Assembly (NCBI GenBank): GCA_045805065.1 | Contig: JBJMMA010000012.1 | Coordinates: 1 to 20,557, forward strand | DNA: 20,557 nt | Direction: 5' to 3' | Origin: Bdellovibrionia bacterium | GTDB taxonomy: Bacteria > Bdellovibrionota > UBA1018 | Part shown: positions 8,401-15,802 of the stretch, in pieces | Layout of the letters: every line of letters begins with the position of its first letter | Position numbering within the stretch: position 1 is the stretch's first letter | Made by a program: the position numbers and the translations under genes | The notes under the pieces: model-generated | What the model was told of the DNA's origin: nothing | Seen by the model: only the letters and a program-made list of their open reading frames with translations | Database searches by the model: none

Positions 8401-9156
8401 GAAGATTGGCCGATGTCGCGAAAGCTTGCACAGGAAAAACAAGTCGTGGGCTTTTACGTCTCCGGGCATCCGCTCGATAATTGGCAGAAGATCTGCGAGG
8501 ACTGGCTTGGCTGGACCACGGAGCGCATCAAGAATCATGCTGCTGAGAAGGCGGCGCGCAAAGCTGCGGCTCCTGCTCCTCAAGAAGGGGGTTGGGGCGG
8601 AGATTTTGGCGGTGGTGGATTTGGTCCAGGACGTTTCCGTGCGCCTAAGCAGGAAGTAAAACTTGTGGGCCTGATTGGCGGCATGCGTGAAGTCATGACC
8701 AAAAAGGGAAGCCGCATGGCCTTTGGCGAGATCGAAGATCTCTACGGAAGGCTTGAAGTCGTGTTCTTTCCTGAGGCCTACGCCAATAACCAGGAAATGC
8801 TCAAGCGAGCGGCCACTGAAGTTGAGGCGATTATCGTCACCGCCGATCTTGAGACCGCGGATGAAGCGCCAAAGCTTCTGGTGAAGACCCTCGAATGGGC
8901 CACTGAGGCTCATAAGGGAAAAGTCCAGCACGTGGTTTTGAAGATCACTCCAAGCGAAGTGAGTCCGGATCAGCTTCGCGAGCTGAAAAAGAATCTTCTT
9001 CAACATCGCGGCAAATGTCCGGTGCGGATTGATTTTATCGACTCGACGTTTAAAACGCGTCTGGATCTTCCTAAGGCCCTCATGGTTTCTGGCACGCCGC
9101 AGATGGTGCAATCCATCAACAAGATCTTCGGGCGCAATGTTGTTGTTCTGAGTTAA
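5446..9156 (+). CDS. dnaE: DNA polymerase III alpha subunit
   Basis: HLHVH PHP start, GPGRGSGAGSLVAY, LLFERFINPER-x-SMPDFDVDF, KFDFLGL, YGFNKSHSAAY, clamp motif QSSLF (8323-8337), OB and C-terminal domains. Confidence 0.99.
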   Translation: MSFVHLHVHTQYSLLQGAIWTDALVDKVVQMTQNESDPRAKAVAITDTHNLFGAIDFYNTAKKAGIRPIIGCEIYYAPQGRAGMNAQTGPASAQTGPKVHQLVLLCKNLKGYQNLCQMVTRSFLDAPPPQKGQNFGPRAVIDRALLDQWGDDLVVLSGDLRGEISYKLLIGELEAATETLQWFKKRFGEDFYLELLDSGLAEQENVNEQLRALGEKFGVGLVATANAHYLSPDDAEAHEVLQCIEGGRNLDFDRPKSLVPAEFYLKPPELMRERFERFPGACENTLVIADKCDLKFKFKDDKGRTIYQLPNFRPDNVAKGDPFDLIAYFKEQTRKGLVERFAEPIFADKVSAPDWEEKKKEYEERLESELSMIEKTGFAGYFLIVSDFIIWAKSQGIPVGPGRGSGAGSLVAYSLKITDIDPIQFKLLFERFINPERISMPDFDVDFCQDRRGEVIDYVRRKYGAENVCQIITFGKLQARAVIKDVGRVLGLSFGDTDAINKLLPDELDITIQSALDREPRLKEKMETDQRVAKIIEYALKLEGLYRNAGIHAAGVIITEEPVVTYCPLYAGKDGDITTQFDKDFSESVGLVKFDFLGLKTLTVIDNAVKLVRQVAEPGSVDAEFALERINYNDPKVFALISSGDTDGIFQVESSGMKDLCSRIVPNSLEDITAINALYRPGPLGSGMVDDFIDRKHGRKPIVYDVDMLESILKDTYGVILYQEQVMQIARELAGYSLGQADLLRRAMGKKKPEEMAAHRDLFVKGATAKGLLAQKAEGIFDLMAKFAEYGFNKSHSAAYGVLTYQTAYLKTYYPAEFMAALMTTEMDNTDKLTKYINDAKAHAIPVLPPDVNHSHKRFSVDRLEGGKKAIRFGLEAIKGVGGIAVDAILDARAVSPFLNVLDFCRRVSTRKVNKKVLESLTLAGAFDTIAEVNRASLFASLEDLLKHAGEEQEERELGQSSLFDSFTAEEVKLVTPAATIFKKEEDWPMSRKLAQEKQVVGFYVSGHPLDNWQKICEDWLGWTTERIKNHAAEKAARKAAAPAPQEGGWGGDFGGGGFGPGRFRAPKQEVKLVGLIGGMREVMTKKGSRMAFGEIEDLYGRLEVVFFPEAYANNQEMLKRAATEVEAIIVTADLETADEAPKLLVKTLEWATEAHKGKVQHVVLKITPSEVSPDQLRELKKNLLQHRGKCPVRIDFIDSTFKTRLDLPKALMVSGTPQMVQSINKIFGRNVVVLS

Positions 9157-9234
9157 GAGCGGCAAAAAACTGACGCTCAGCTCTGTTCGGACATTTTTTC
9201 TGACAGCTGTTTTTTCTGCCTTTTCTGAGCATCA

Positions 9235-9243
9235 TGCTAAAAT
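9235..9243 (+). promoter_or_regulatory. Candidate extended -10 promoter (TGcTAAAAT)
   Basis: TG-n-TAAAAT located 8 nt before in-frame ATG 9252. Confidence 0.35.
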
Positions 9244-9251
9244 TAGCTCAT

Positions 9252-10457
9252 ATGCACTCGATGCGTCAGATTGGCCCATTCCATTTCAGCATTTTAACTC
9301 TAGGTCTCTTGAGCAGTACTGCTTGGGCTGCGCAGACCACGACACCTCAAGCTCCCGCAAAAACTGTGATGGCTGCTCCATCTGCCACACCGAGCGCGAG
9401 TCCTGATCTGGGAAATCGAATCCAGGCTTACTTTTCTGATTCGAGAAAACAGCTGGGAAGCATGGAACCTTGGCAGCAAAGACTCTTCAACGAAGAAGCG
9501 GTACCTGACTATCAACGCTTTGTGCGCGGCTATCGCATGTCGAACACGACTCTCAATGCGGACATCGATCTTGAGAGCTTGAAAAATTTCTTGCGCTTTT
9601 ATGCGCCAAAATCCCTGAAGCGCGAAAAACCTTCGATTGTGGCCGTTTTAAAGCCTCAAGCCAATTGCTCAAAATGCGTATCTGGACTTCCTGAGTTGAA
9701 AACCATGGTCAGCTCTCGCCTGGAGCGCCGTGGGTTCAAAGTGGTTTGGGTTTCGGCTTCGGAGCTCGGTGAGGCAAGTCTCACGGGACAAGAGCTCGTC
9801 GCTGCCGCAAAACAATCCGCAACTCAGAAAGATGCTGTGGGAGCGCTTGTTGTGTATTGGCAGCGCTCGGTGGATGATGACGATGCCATGCATCCGGATG
9901 AGCGCCATTATACGATTCACTCCGCGCTTGAGCTCAGGGATCTGGCCAGCGCTCAGGAGCAGCTTGAAATCGCCGACAATGGAAGTTTTGAGCGCTCTGA
10001 AGGAAAGCTTCTGACCGATGCTTTTACGGAGATTGGCGCAAAGCTTGTGGATCTTGAAGTAAGCCAGGCTGAGATCAAGCGCGAAGAAACGACGATTGAT
10101 GTCATCGGCATCCATTCCTTTGCACAATATCAGGCTCTGAAAAACGCTTTTCAAGGCGCAATCAAAACCGGAACCCTGGAAGAACAGAAGATCTCAAGAG
10201 GTCGTGCGATTTTCGCGGTTTACTCCAGCGCGCCTGTTCAGAAGATTCAGCAAGCCATTGATTCGTCCAAGCCTGAGGGCTTGAAACTCGGTCCATCGAC
10301 GATCGAGGCCAATGAGATTCATCTTGAGGTCACGACCGCGCAAGCGGCGCCAAACTCAAGCCAGCCCCAAACTCAGCCGGCAGAGCAATCTGGAGCTCAA
10401 CCAAAAGCTGGCAAGCCAGCCCCCGCACAAGCCCCCGAAGGAGACCCCGAGGCATGA
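9252..10457 (+). CDS. Exported hypothetical protein (possibly DUF2066/FlgT-N-like), low-complexity termini
   Basis: Signal peptide ending TAWA; YQRFVRGY...ADIDLESLKNFL...KPSIVAV pattern; CSKC; Pro/Ala/Gln-rich ends; start 9234, 9252 or 9261; stop overlaps next ATG (ATGA). Confidence 0.7.
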   Translation: MHSMRQIGPFHFSILTLGLLSSTAWAAQTTTPQAPAKTVMAAPSATPSASPDLGNRIQAYFSDSRKQLGSMEPWQQRLFNEEAVPDYQRFVRGYRMSNTTLNADIDLESLKNFLRFYAPKSLKREKPSIVAVLKPQANCSKCVSGLPELKTMVSSRLERRGFKVVWVSASELGEASLTGQELVAAAKQSATQKDAVGALVVYWQRSVDDDDAMHPDERHYTIHSALELRDLASAQEQLEIADNGSFERSEGKLLTDAFTEIGAKLVDLEVSQAEIKREETTIDVIGIHSFAQYQALKNAFQGAIKTGTLEEQKISRGRAIFAVYSSAPVQKIQQAIDSSKPEGLKLGPSTIEANEIHLEVTTAQAAPNSSQPQTQPAEQSGAQPKAGKPAPAQAPEGDPEA

Positions 10458-11434
10458 AGTATTTTTTAGCATTGCCCCTCTGTCTATCTTTGATCGCGCT
10501 GGGAAGTACGTCTTGTCAGCGCTCACAGGCTTTCAAAAAGGATCAGGAGTATTACAAGCCTGAGGGTTCAACGAGCTATTACGACAAGGCAAATAGAAGT
10601 TCAGCCAGTCGCGTGGAATCCATGGGTCAGCCCAAGAAGAGAATCTTGGTGTTTGATTTCTGGAACGATACTCCAGTGAAGTCCGAAGTCGGAGGCTTTG
10701 CGGCTGATGAACTGAGGCGCGGGCTTTTCCTTACTCAGCGACTCATTCTTTCGCCTGAGATTAAAACTCAGTACGTGACTGAAGACTTTTTGGATGCTGG
10801 CCATGGCGGCACGCAGATCAAGGTCGCGCAACTGATTCGCGAAGGCAGAAAACTCGGCGTATCCGTTCTGGCCATTGGGCGCGTGACCAAGATCGTCTTT
10901 CGCCAACGCGGAGACGATGTCGGTTTGCTGAGACAAAAGCAATCCCTTGCAGGCGTTGACGTTGAAGTGAAGCTTTTTGATGTCTCAGGCGGTCGTGAGC
11001 TTCTGGCTGTTTCTCGCTCAGGCGATGCTTCGAGCAACTCGCTTGTGGCAGTGGAAGGTAAGAATCTCGAGTCGGCCCAATATCGCGCCGAGCTCGTTCA
11101 GATGGCTGTGCGGGATGCTGTCGCCAAGCTTGTGCCGGATGTGATCCGCGGCGTGGAAAAGCTTGCCTGGGAAGGGCGTATCGCTCGAGTCGTTGGAAAC
11201 AAGGTTTACGTGAACGCTGGACATGCTTCCGGGCTGATTACGGGTGATATTCTTCGTGTTCTTGCGCCAGGAGATGATATCTATGATCCAGCAACTGGAG
11301 CGTTTCTGGGCCGCACGAAGGGGCAACTCAAAGGAACGCTTGAAGTCGTAGATTTCCTGGGACCCGATGGATCGGTGACCGAAATCCATACCGGTGGGAA
11401 CTTCCAGGAGAATGACCTCGTTCAGCTCTACTGA
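10454..11434 (+). CDS. Lipoprotein with CsgG/TolB-N/FlgT-middle-like domain and FlgT C-terminal-like domain
   Basis: Hydrophobic leader ending STSC; PKKRILVFDF, V-x-VKLFDV-x-x-G; WEGRIARV-x-GNKVYVNAG-x-x-SG-x-x-x-GD-x-L-x-V...DPATG-x-FLG. Confidence 0.75.
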   Translation: MKYFLALPLCLSLIALGSTSCQRSQAFKKDQEYYKPEGSTSYYDKANRSSASRVESMGQPKKRILVFDFWNDTPVKSEVGGFAADELRRGLFLTQRLILSPEIKTQYVTEDFLDAGHGGTQIKVAQLIREGRKLGVSVLAIGRVTKIVFRQRGDDVGLLRQKQSLAGVDVEVKLFDVSGGRELLAVSRSGDASSNSLVAVEGKNLESAQYRAELVQMAVRDAVAKLVPDVIRGVEKLAWEGRIARVVGNKVYVNAGHASGLITGDILRVLAPGDDIYDPATGAFLGRTKGQLKGTLEVVDFLGPDGSVTEIHTGGNFQENDLVQLY

Positions 11435-11447
11435 AATACAATCTGAA

Positions 11448-12104
11448 ATGGAAATTGAGGTCAGAAGGCATTCGAAAGAATCGCCTTGGACTTACACGAT
11501 GCTGGATGCCCGCCAGCGCGAGATCGCCCGGCGTGTTCTTGAAGGCGGTCCTGGTGCGCTTCTCTTGTCCGAGCTCTCTCCCGTCATCACGGTGGGCAGA
11601 AGAGCTGCGGCTACGGATCTTCTGCTTCCTAAGGAAATGCTTGCGCGTGCAGGTGTGGAAGTCGTGCCGACGGATCGCGGGGGGCTTGCAACCTGGCACG
11701 GCCCAGGCCAATGGGTACTCTTTGCAGTCGATAGCCTCGAGCGCCTGACCGGGGATCGAAGAGGAGTTCGGAAAGCCGTCGATGCCTTGCTTGGCGTCGC
11801 GCTTGAAGTGGGAAAAACTTACGACCCTTCAGCAGAAATCCGATCGGGTGCTGAGATGGGTGTTTGGACTTCTCGAGGCAAGTTTGCTGCTCTGGGCGTC
11901 CACATCGATCATGGCGTGCTCTTGCACGGTCTATCTGTGAATGGCTTCAAATCGGAAACAAGCTTCATGGGGCTCAGGCCCTGCGGACTTGATCTTCCCG
12001 TGGACTATCTGGTGAAAGATCGTCCGTCCGAGTTTGATGAGCTCGGGCAGAAAATCTTGGCTCAGGCCCAAAGCAGGTTCACAAAGACGTTCACGAACAA
12101 GTGA
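11448..12104 (+). CDS. lipB: Lipoyl(octanoyl) transferase
   Basis: PVITVGRR, TDRGG-x-x-TWHGPGQ, KFAALGV, HG-x-x-VN, PCGL; ATG 11448 avoids overlap with upstream gene. Confidence 0.9.
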   Translation: MEIEVRRHSKESPWTYTMLDARQREIARRVLEGGPGALLLSELSPVITVGRRAAATDLLLPKEMLARAGVEVVPTDRGGLATWHGPGQWVLFAVDSLERLTGDRRGVRKAVDALLGVALEVGKTYDPSAEIRSGAEMGVWTSRGKFAALGVHIDHGVLLHGLSVNGFKSETSFMGLRPCGLDLPVDYLVKDRPSEFDELGQKILAQAQSRFTKTFTNK

Positions 12105-13017
12105 TCATTTCGACTTCCTGGATCGCGGTGTGCTCATCCAGATAATCCGTAATGTCCCAGATGCGTGGCTCGCTCCAGTCAGAGTCAATGACAACAACGC
12201 CTGGCCTTCCGTTCAAATCAAAAACAGATGCAGCAACAATGGAGTGGCCGCCGCCATTTCTCTCGCCAACCTTGCGTGGCACCCAAAGTCTTCGATCCAG
12301 TTTTGCGTAGGAAGCTGGTCGGATTCTCAAAAGATCAAAGGGCGAGGTTCTCATTTGAGTTCCGATATTGAATGAGATCAATACAGGGGCCCCTTGGGCA
12401 AGGCGACTCAGAAGGAAGTTACGGGCCCCTTGAGCGGAATCAAACCGATGGTTCTGGCAATGAAATCCAAAGCGTTTGCCATAACCATCCAGAATTCCAC
12501 GAATCGAATAACGATGCTGAAGGACCAGGTAATACTGATTGATGGAATCAGCCAGGAGAGAGGTGCGTCCTTCTTCTGTGGAAAGAGTTTTTAAGAGTGC
12601 GCCGTTTCCTCGGAATCCATCCATTGCCGTCTGAACCAGGAAATGGTTGATTGCGTAACCCGTGCAGGTGCCGCCCACTTGTGCGTAAGGATCCAGAACA
12701 TTCTCTAGCCCACGATCCGCGATCTGAATCAGTCCGGCTGGAACGTAAAGCACGTTCATGGTCTTTGGATCCAGGAGCATGTAGGAGTCGACTTGGCCAT
12801 TCGACTTTACGACGCGACCTAAGAACAATCCGGACCTTGGGGTGTTTTGATTGGGGAGCTCAAAGCGAAGCTGTGAGCCAACGGCAACCGGGTAAACGCC
12901 ACGCGAAACCGGATGATCCATCCGAACCTGAATCGCGTCTGGAGTTGAGCTTGCAATCGCAGGCAAGCCTTGGCTCAGAAGAAAGACCAGGCCCAGCAGA
13001 AACCGAATCGACTTCAT
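12091..13017 (-). CDS. Secreted papain-like (clan CA) cysteine peptidase
   Basis: Signal peptide MKSIRFLLGLVFLL...AIA; QVGGTCTGYA (Gln/Cys), GAPVLISF, GGHSIV (His), VVIDSDW (Asp in place of Asn of NSW). Confidence 0.7.
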   Translation of the reverse strand: MKSIRFLLGLVFLLSQGLPAIASSTPDAIQVRMDHPVSRGVYPVAVGSQLRFELPNQNTPRSGLFLGRVVKSNGQVDSYMLLDPKTMNVLYVPAGLIQIADRGLENVLDPYAQVGGTCTGYAINHFLVQTAMDGFRGNGALLKTLSTEEGRTSLLADSINQYYLVLQHRYSIRGILDGYGKRFGFHCQNHRFDSAQGARNFLLSRLAQGAPVLISFNIGTQMRTSPFDLLRIRPASYAKLDRRLWVPRKVGERNGGGHSIVAASVFDLNGRPGVVVIDSDWSEPRIWDITDYLDEHTAIQEVEMITCS

Positions 13018-13029
13018 TTGGGCCACTTT

Positions 13030-14214
13030 CTATTTATGATTGACCGTAAAGTCGTCCAGGATCTCGCCATGGATCGACAGAGTAACGGATCGGAGAACCT
13101 GATCGTTCACTTCAAAATGCGTGACTGTTCTTTCGCGGAACGAGTGAATGGAGTACGGGTTCTTCGCGCCGTAAACGCCCATTTTACCGCCGGCTGGGCC
13201 AGCAACAACATACTGAATTCCGTCTTTAACTGAGCGCTCGAAGATATGCGTATGTCCAGTCAGTACAACGTCTACGCCGTATGCTTCAAAAAGCGGCACG
13301 AATTGATTTCGCAAAACGATATGTTCCTTGCGGATCGCGCCCGGGCCATCAAAAAAGCCTTTGCTGTAAGGCGAGTGATGGAACATGACGATTTTCCATT
13401 GAGCGGGCTTGATGAGTTCGCTCTTCAGCCATTCCAGCTCAGGCTCAACCAGTGTCTTGTCGTCCTCAAAGTTTGAGTTGAGAGCCATGAGATGGATGCC
13501 ACCCAAGTAAGTGGAGTAGTGAGCGTCATGAGCTTTCAGCCTGAAAAAATTCTGCCAGTAATTGGTGTTCTCATCGGAACGATATTCATGATTTCCGATG
13601 ACAGCATAAGTGACGCGAGATCCGCCAATGATCTGAAGCGCGCGGAAGTAATCAAACCAATCCTGCATTTGCGCGCCTTCTTGCACCAGGTCGCCACCGC
13701 TGAAAATAGCGCTGCCAGGAAAAGTGGAGATCTCCTTGGCGATATCTTCTAAAAACTCGGGGCCTTCTTGCGCGTCCGCAATGAAAGAGAAGCGGACTGG
13801 CTGATGCTCGTCCGGGCATGGGATAGGAGCAATGACGTTTCTTTGGGACATGCCTGGAAGATAGTAGGAAACTTCGTTGCCGAATCCGCATTCAGCGACA
13901 GGGAGCTCGGCTGACCACGATACGCCATCGTGATGGGCTTCCACTTCGTTGAGCTGCGTGTTTCCGAGATAAGTCTGAACTCTTACAGGAGTCGTCGGGA
14001 GTCGGTTGCCGGTATAGCGCCAGCCAACAGCGATGTGACCAGTCCCGTGGGCAAAGAGGTAAGGCTCCACTTCAAAAACGGCGGCGTTTTGTTCCGCGAT
14101 TTCAACGTTTGTCGCTCTTTCAGAGTCGGCTAGGCCCAAGGATGAGCCCCAGACGCCACAGGCCAACGTAATGGCTGCAACAACGCCTAAAAGTGATCGA
14201 TGTTTTGTTGTCAT
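13030..14214 (-). CDS. Secreted metallophosphoesterase (purple acid phosphatase-like)
   Basis: Signal peptide; ADAQ, GGDLV, GNHE, HHSPY, GHTH motifs; ATG 14214 follows a G-rich RBS. Confidence 0.9.
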   Translation of the reverse strand: MTTKHRSLLGVVAAITLACGVWGSSLGLADSERATNVEIAEQNAAVFEVEPYLFAHGTGHIAVGWRYTGNRLPTTPVRVQTYLGNTQLNEVEAHHDGVSWSAELPVAECGFGNEVSYYLPGMSQRNVIAPIPCPDEHQPVRFSFIADAQEGPEFLEDIAKEISTFPGSAIFSGGDLVQEGAQMQDWFDYFRALQIIGGSRVTYAVIGNHEYRSDENTNYWQNFFRLKAHDAHYSTYLGGIHLMALNSNFEDDKTLVEPELEWLKSELIKPAQWKIVMFHHSPYSKGFFDGPGAIRKEHIVLRNQFVPLFEAYGVDVVLTGHTHIFERSVKDGIQYVVAGPAGGKMGVYGAKNPYSIHSFRERTVTHFEVNDQVLRSVTLSIHGEILDDFTVNHK

Positions 14215-14220
14215 GCTTTG

Positions 14221-14228
14221 CCCCCCCC
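14221..14228 (-). repeat. G8 homopolymer at the Shine-Dalgarno position
   Basis: Minus strand AAGGGGGGGG-CAAAGC-ATG. Confidence 0.7.
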
Positions 14229-14484
14229 TTACGTCTTCCAACTCGATGCCGCTACAAAACAGCGTGACAGGTATTGCTCTCGTAGCGGGCGGCGTTTGTC
14301 AAATCGGGGTTCTCTTGTAACTCCATGAGAACGTGGGCAAAACAGGGCGACGCGGGGTAATGATAGAATAAGTATCTGAAACTTCAGATTGTTTCTGCCT
14401 TTTTACTGAATCAGTGTAAGTGGATTTGCCGAAAGTAATGCAGTAACTCTGCGCGTTATTTTCCCGGCCCAAAGTACCCTGGTT

Positions 14485-15483
14485 TCAGTTGCTGCTGACA
14501 CTTAGTTGGCGATGATCTTTTGCAAACTCATTCAGCGAAGGATCATAGTACTTCAGTTTTGGATCTCGAACGAAAACGCGTTTGTCGAAGTCCACGTTTC
14601 CGCTGTCCCAGGTGGAGTCCAAGATGACCCAATGTCCGTCGATGAAGACTTGGTTCCAGGCATGAGTTTGAGTGGTGCCTGTTTGTTCCCAAGTCTGTCC
14701 TAACATCGGCCAAATGATTGCGCCGATAATCACCCGAGTTCTGAGTCCTGAGGCACGGGCTAGCGCCGCATAGAGATTTGCGTAGCCGTTGCAGATTGAG
14801 ACTCCCTCATGAAGCGTGGTCAAGGCATCGACAGACTTGGTCTTATAGGTGCCTCTGAAGTAGGAGTCCGTGTCATAAGCAATGTTATGAGTGATCCAAT
14901 CATGAATTCTCTGAGCCTTCTCGGAATCGCTTGAGGCACCCGCTGTGATATCGCGAGCCAGTGCCACAATCTCAGGATCATCGCTCTGCACGTCGCCACT
15001 TGGAAGAAGATAGCTCAGGTCGCGCGTGTCCGTGTTAGTTACGTCCACCTGACCGTAATAGGCTTGCTCTGAAGAAGATTGATATCGATTCGGGTTCTGG
15101 GAGTACCATGCCTTGATTCGGTAATTTCCCGGGCCATAAGGCAAATAGACGCGTCTTGAAAAATTTCCGCCCGTTGCTGACGCATAGACAGAAAGTGGCT
15201 TTTTGGTTTGATCGCTGAATTCGATTTGAATGTGCACAAGCGCAGTCCCTGATGGAAAGTTTGCGCTGAAAAGGTAGCTGCTATCGCTTGTCGATAGACC
15301 TCTGGAAAAGCTCTGCTCCTGAAGCGGAGGAGCTTGATAGGAGTCACTTGAATTGGCCGGAAGGGAATTCAAGACAGAGTTGAACGCGTCAAAGATTGAG
15401 CCCGCAAAACTTGGGCTTGCTACGAGCAGAGACAGGGTCGCTAATGAAAGCGTAGGTCCAATGAGCTTTTTCCGCAAAAACAT
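14485..15483 (-). CDS. Secreted transglutaminase-like (Cys-His-Asp) domain protein
   Basis: Signal peptide ending PSFA; IHDWITHNIAYD, GVSICNGYA, HAWNQV, WVILDSTWD; AAGGAG RBS before ATG 15483. Confidence 0.9.
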   Translation of the reverse strand: MFLRKKLIGPTLSLATLSLLVASPSFAGSIFDAFNSVLNSLPANSSDSYQAPPLQEQSFSRGLSTSDSSYLFSANFPSGTALVHIQIEFSDQTKKPLSVYASATGGNFSRRVYLPYGPGNYRIKAWYSQNPNRYQSSSEQAYYGQVDVTNTDTRDLSYLLPSGDVQSDDPEIVALARDITAGASSDSEKAQRIHDWITHNIAYDTDSYFRGTYKTKSVDALTTLHEGVSICNGYANLYAALARASGLRTRVIIGAIIWPMLGQTWEQTGTTQTHAWNQVFIDGHWVILDSTWDSGNVDFDKRVFVRDPKLKYYDPSLNEFAKDHRQLSVSSN

Positions 15484-15802
15484 CGTGGCTCCTTTTGGAT
15501 GTCGGGTGGGATCTGATTTCCCGAAATACGGCGTTACTTTCCTATAACGGACCAAAAAAGTCAAGTAACTAAAAATGGGTGAACTTTAGGTAAGTTATGG
15601 ATACTCAAGCGATAAAGTGGAAGCCTGGAGAACGCTGTAGGCCGGGTGTGGATATTTTTCCGTGATCTGCTTTGCGGCATATTCATGCCTGAAGTGAAAT
15701 TTTGAATGGATGGCGAAACTATTCTCCCGTCTCACTCGTAACACTGCACTCTGGCTATTGCGCGAACCCTATTGCCGGACAACCCTTTACGGAGAATTAC
15801 TG

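Noticed and set aside
5446..9156. Intein or split in dnaE explaining its 1236-aa length
   Set aside because: No intein splice motifs or endonuclease; extra length comes from short loop insertions
7582..9165. 527-aa antisense ORF (also 6133-6717 and other overlapping short ORFs)
   Set aside because: Codon-register shadows of dnaE and other real genes; no recognisable motifs or RBS
11394..11447. Longer lipB start at GTG 11394
   Set aside because: Overlaps the upstream lipoprotein gene by 41 nt and adds no LipB-like sequence
14335..14362. GGGCAAAAC...GGCGAC as c-di-GMP-I riboswitch
   Set aside because: Lacks the paired stem-tetraloop and downstream GCAAA element, and points away from the adjacent minus-strand gene start
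15587..15615. Second sigma28 promoter (AGCGATAA) before the large lipoprotein
   Set aside because: Candidate -35 elements give 13 or 17 nt spacing; weak match
15675..15690. Sigma54 promoter CGGCATATTCATGC
   Set aside because: GG-to-GC spacing is 9 rather than the required 10; only a short GGCAT/ATGCC palindrome
15710..15802. N-terminal extension of the 806-aa ORF
   Set aside because: RBS and lipoprotein leader fit ATG 15803
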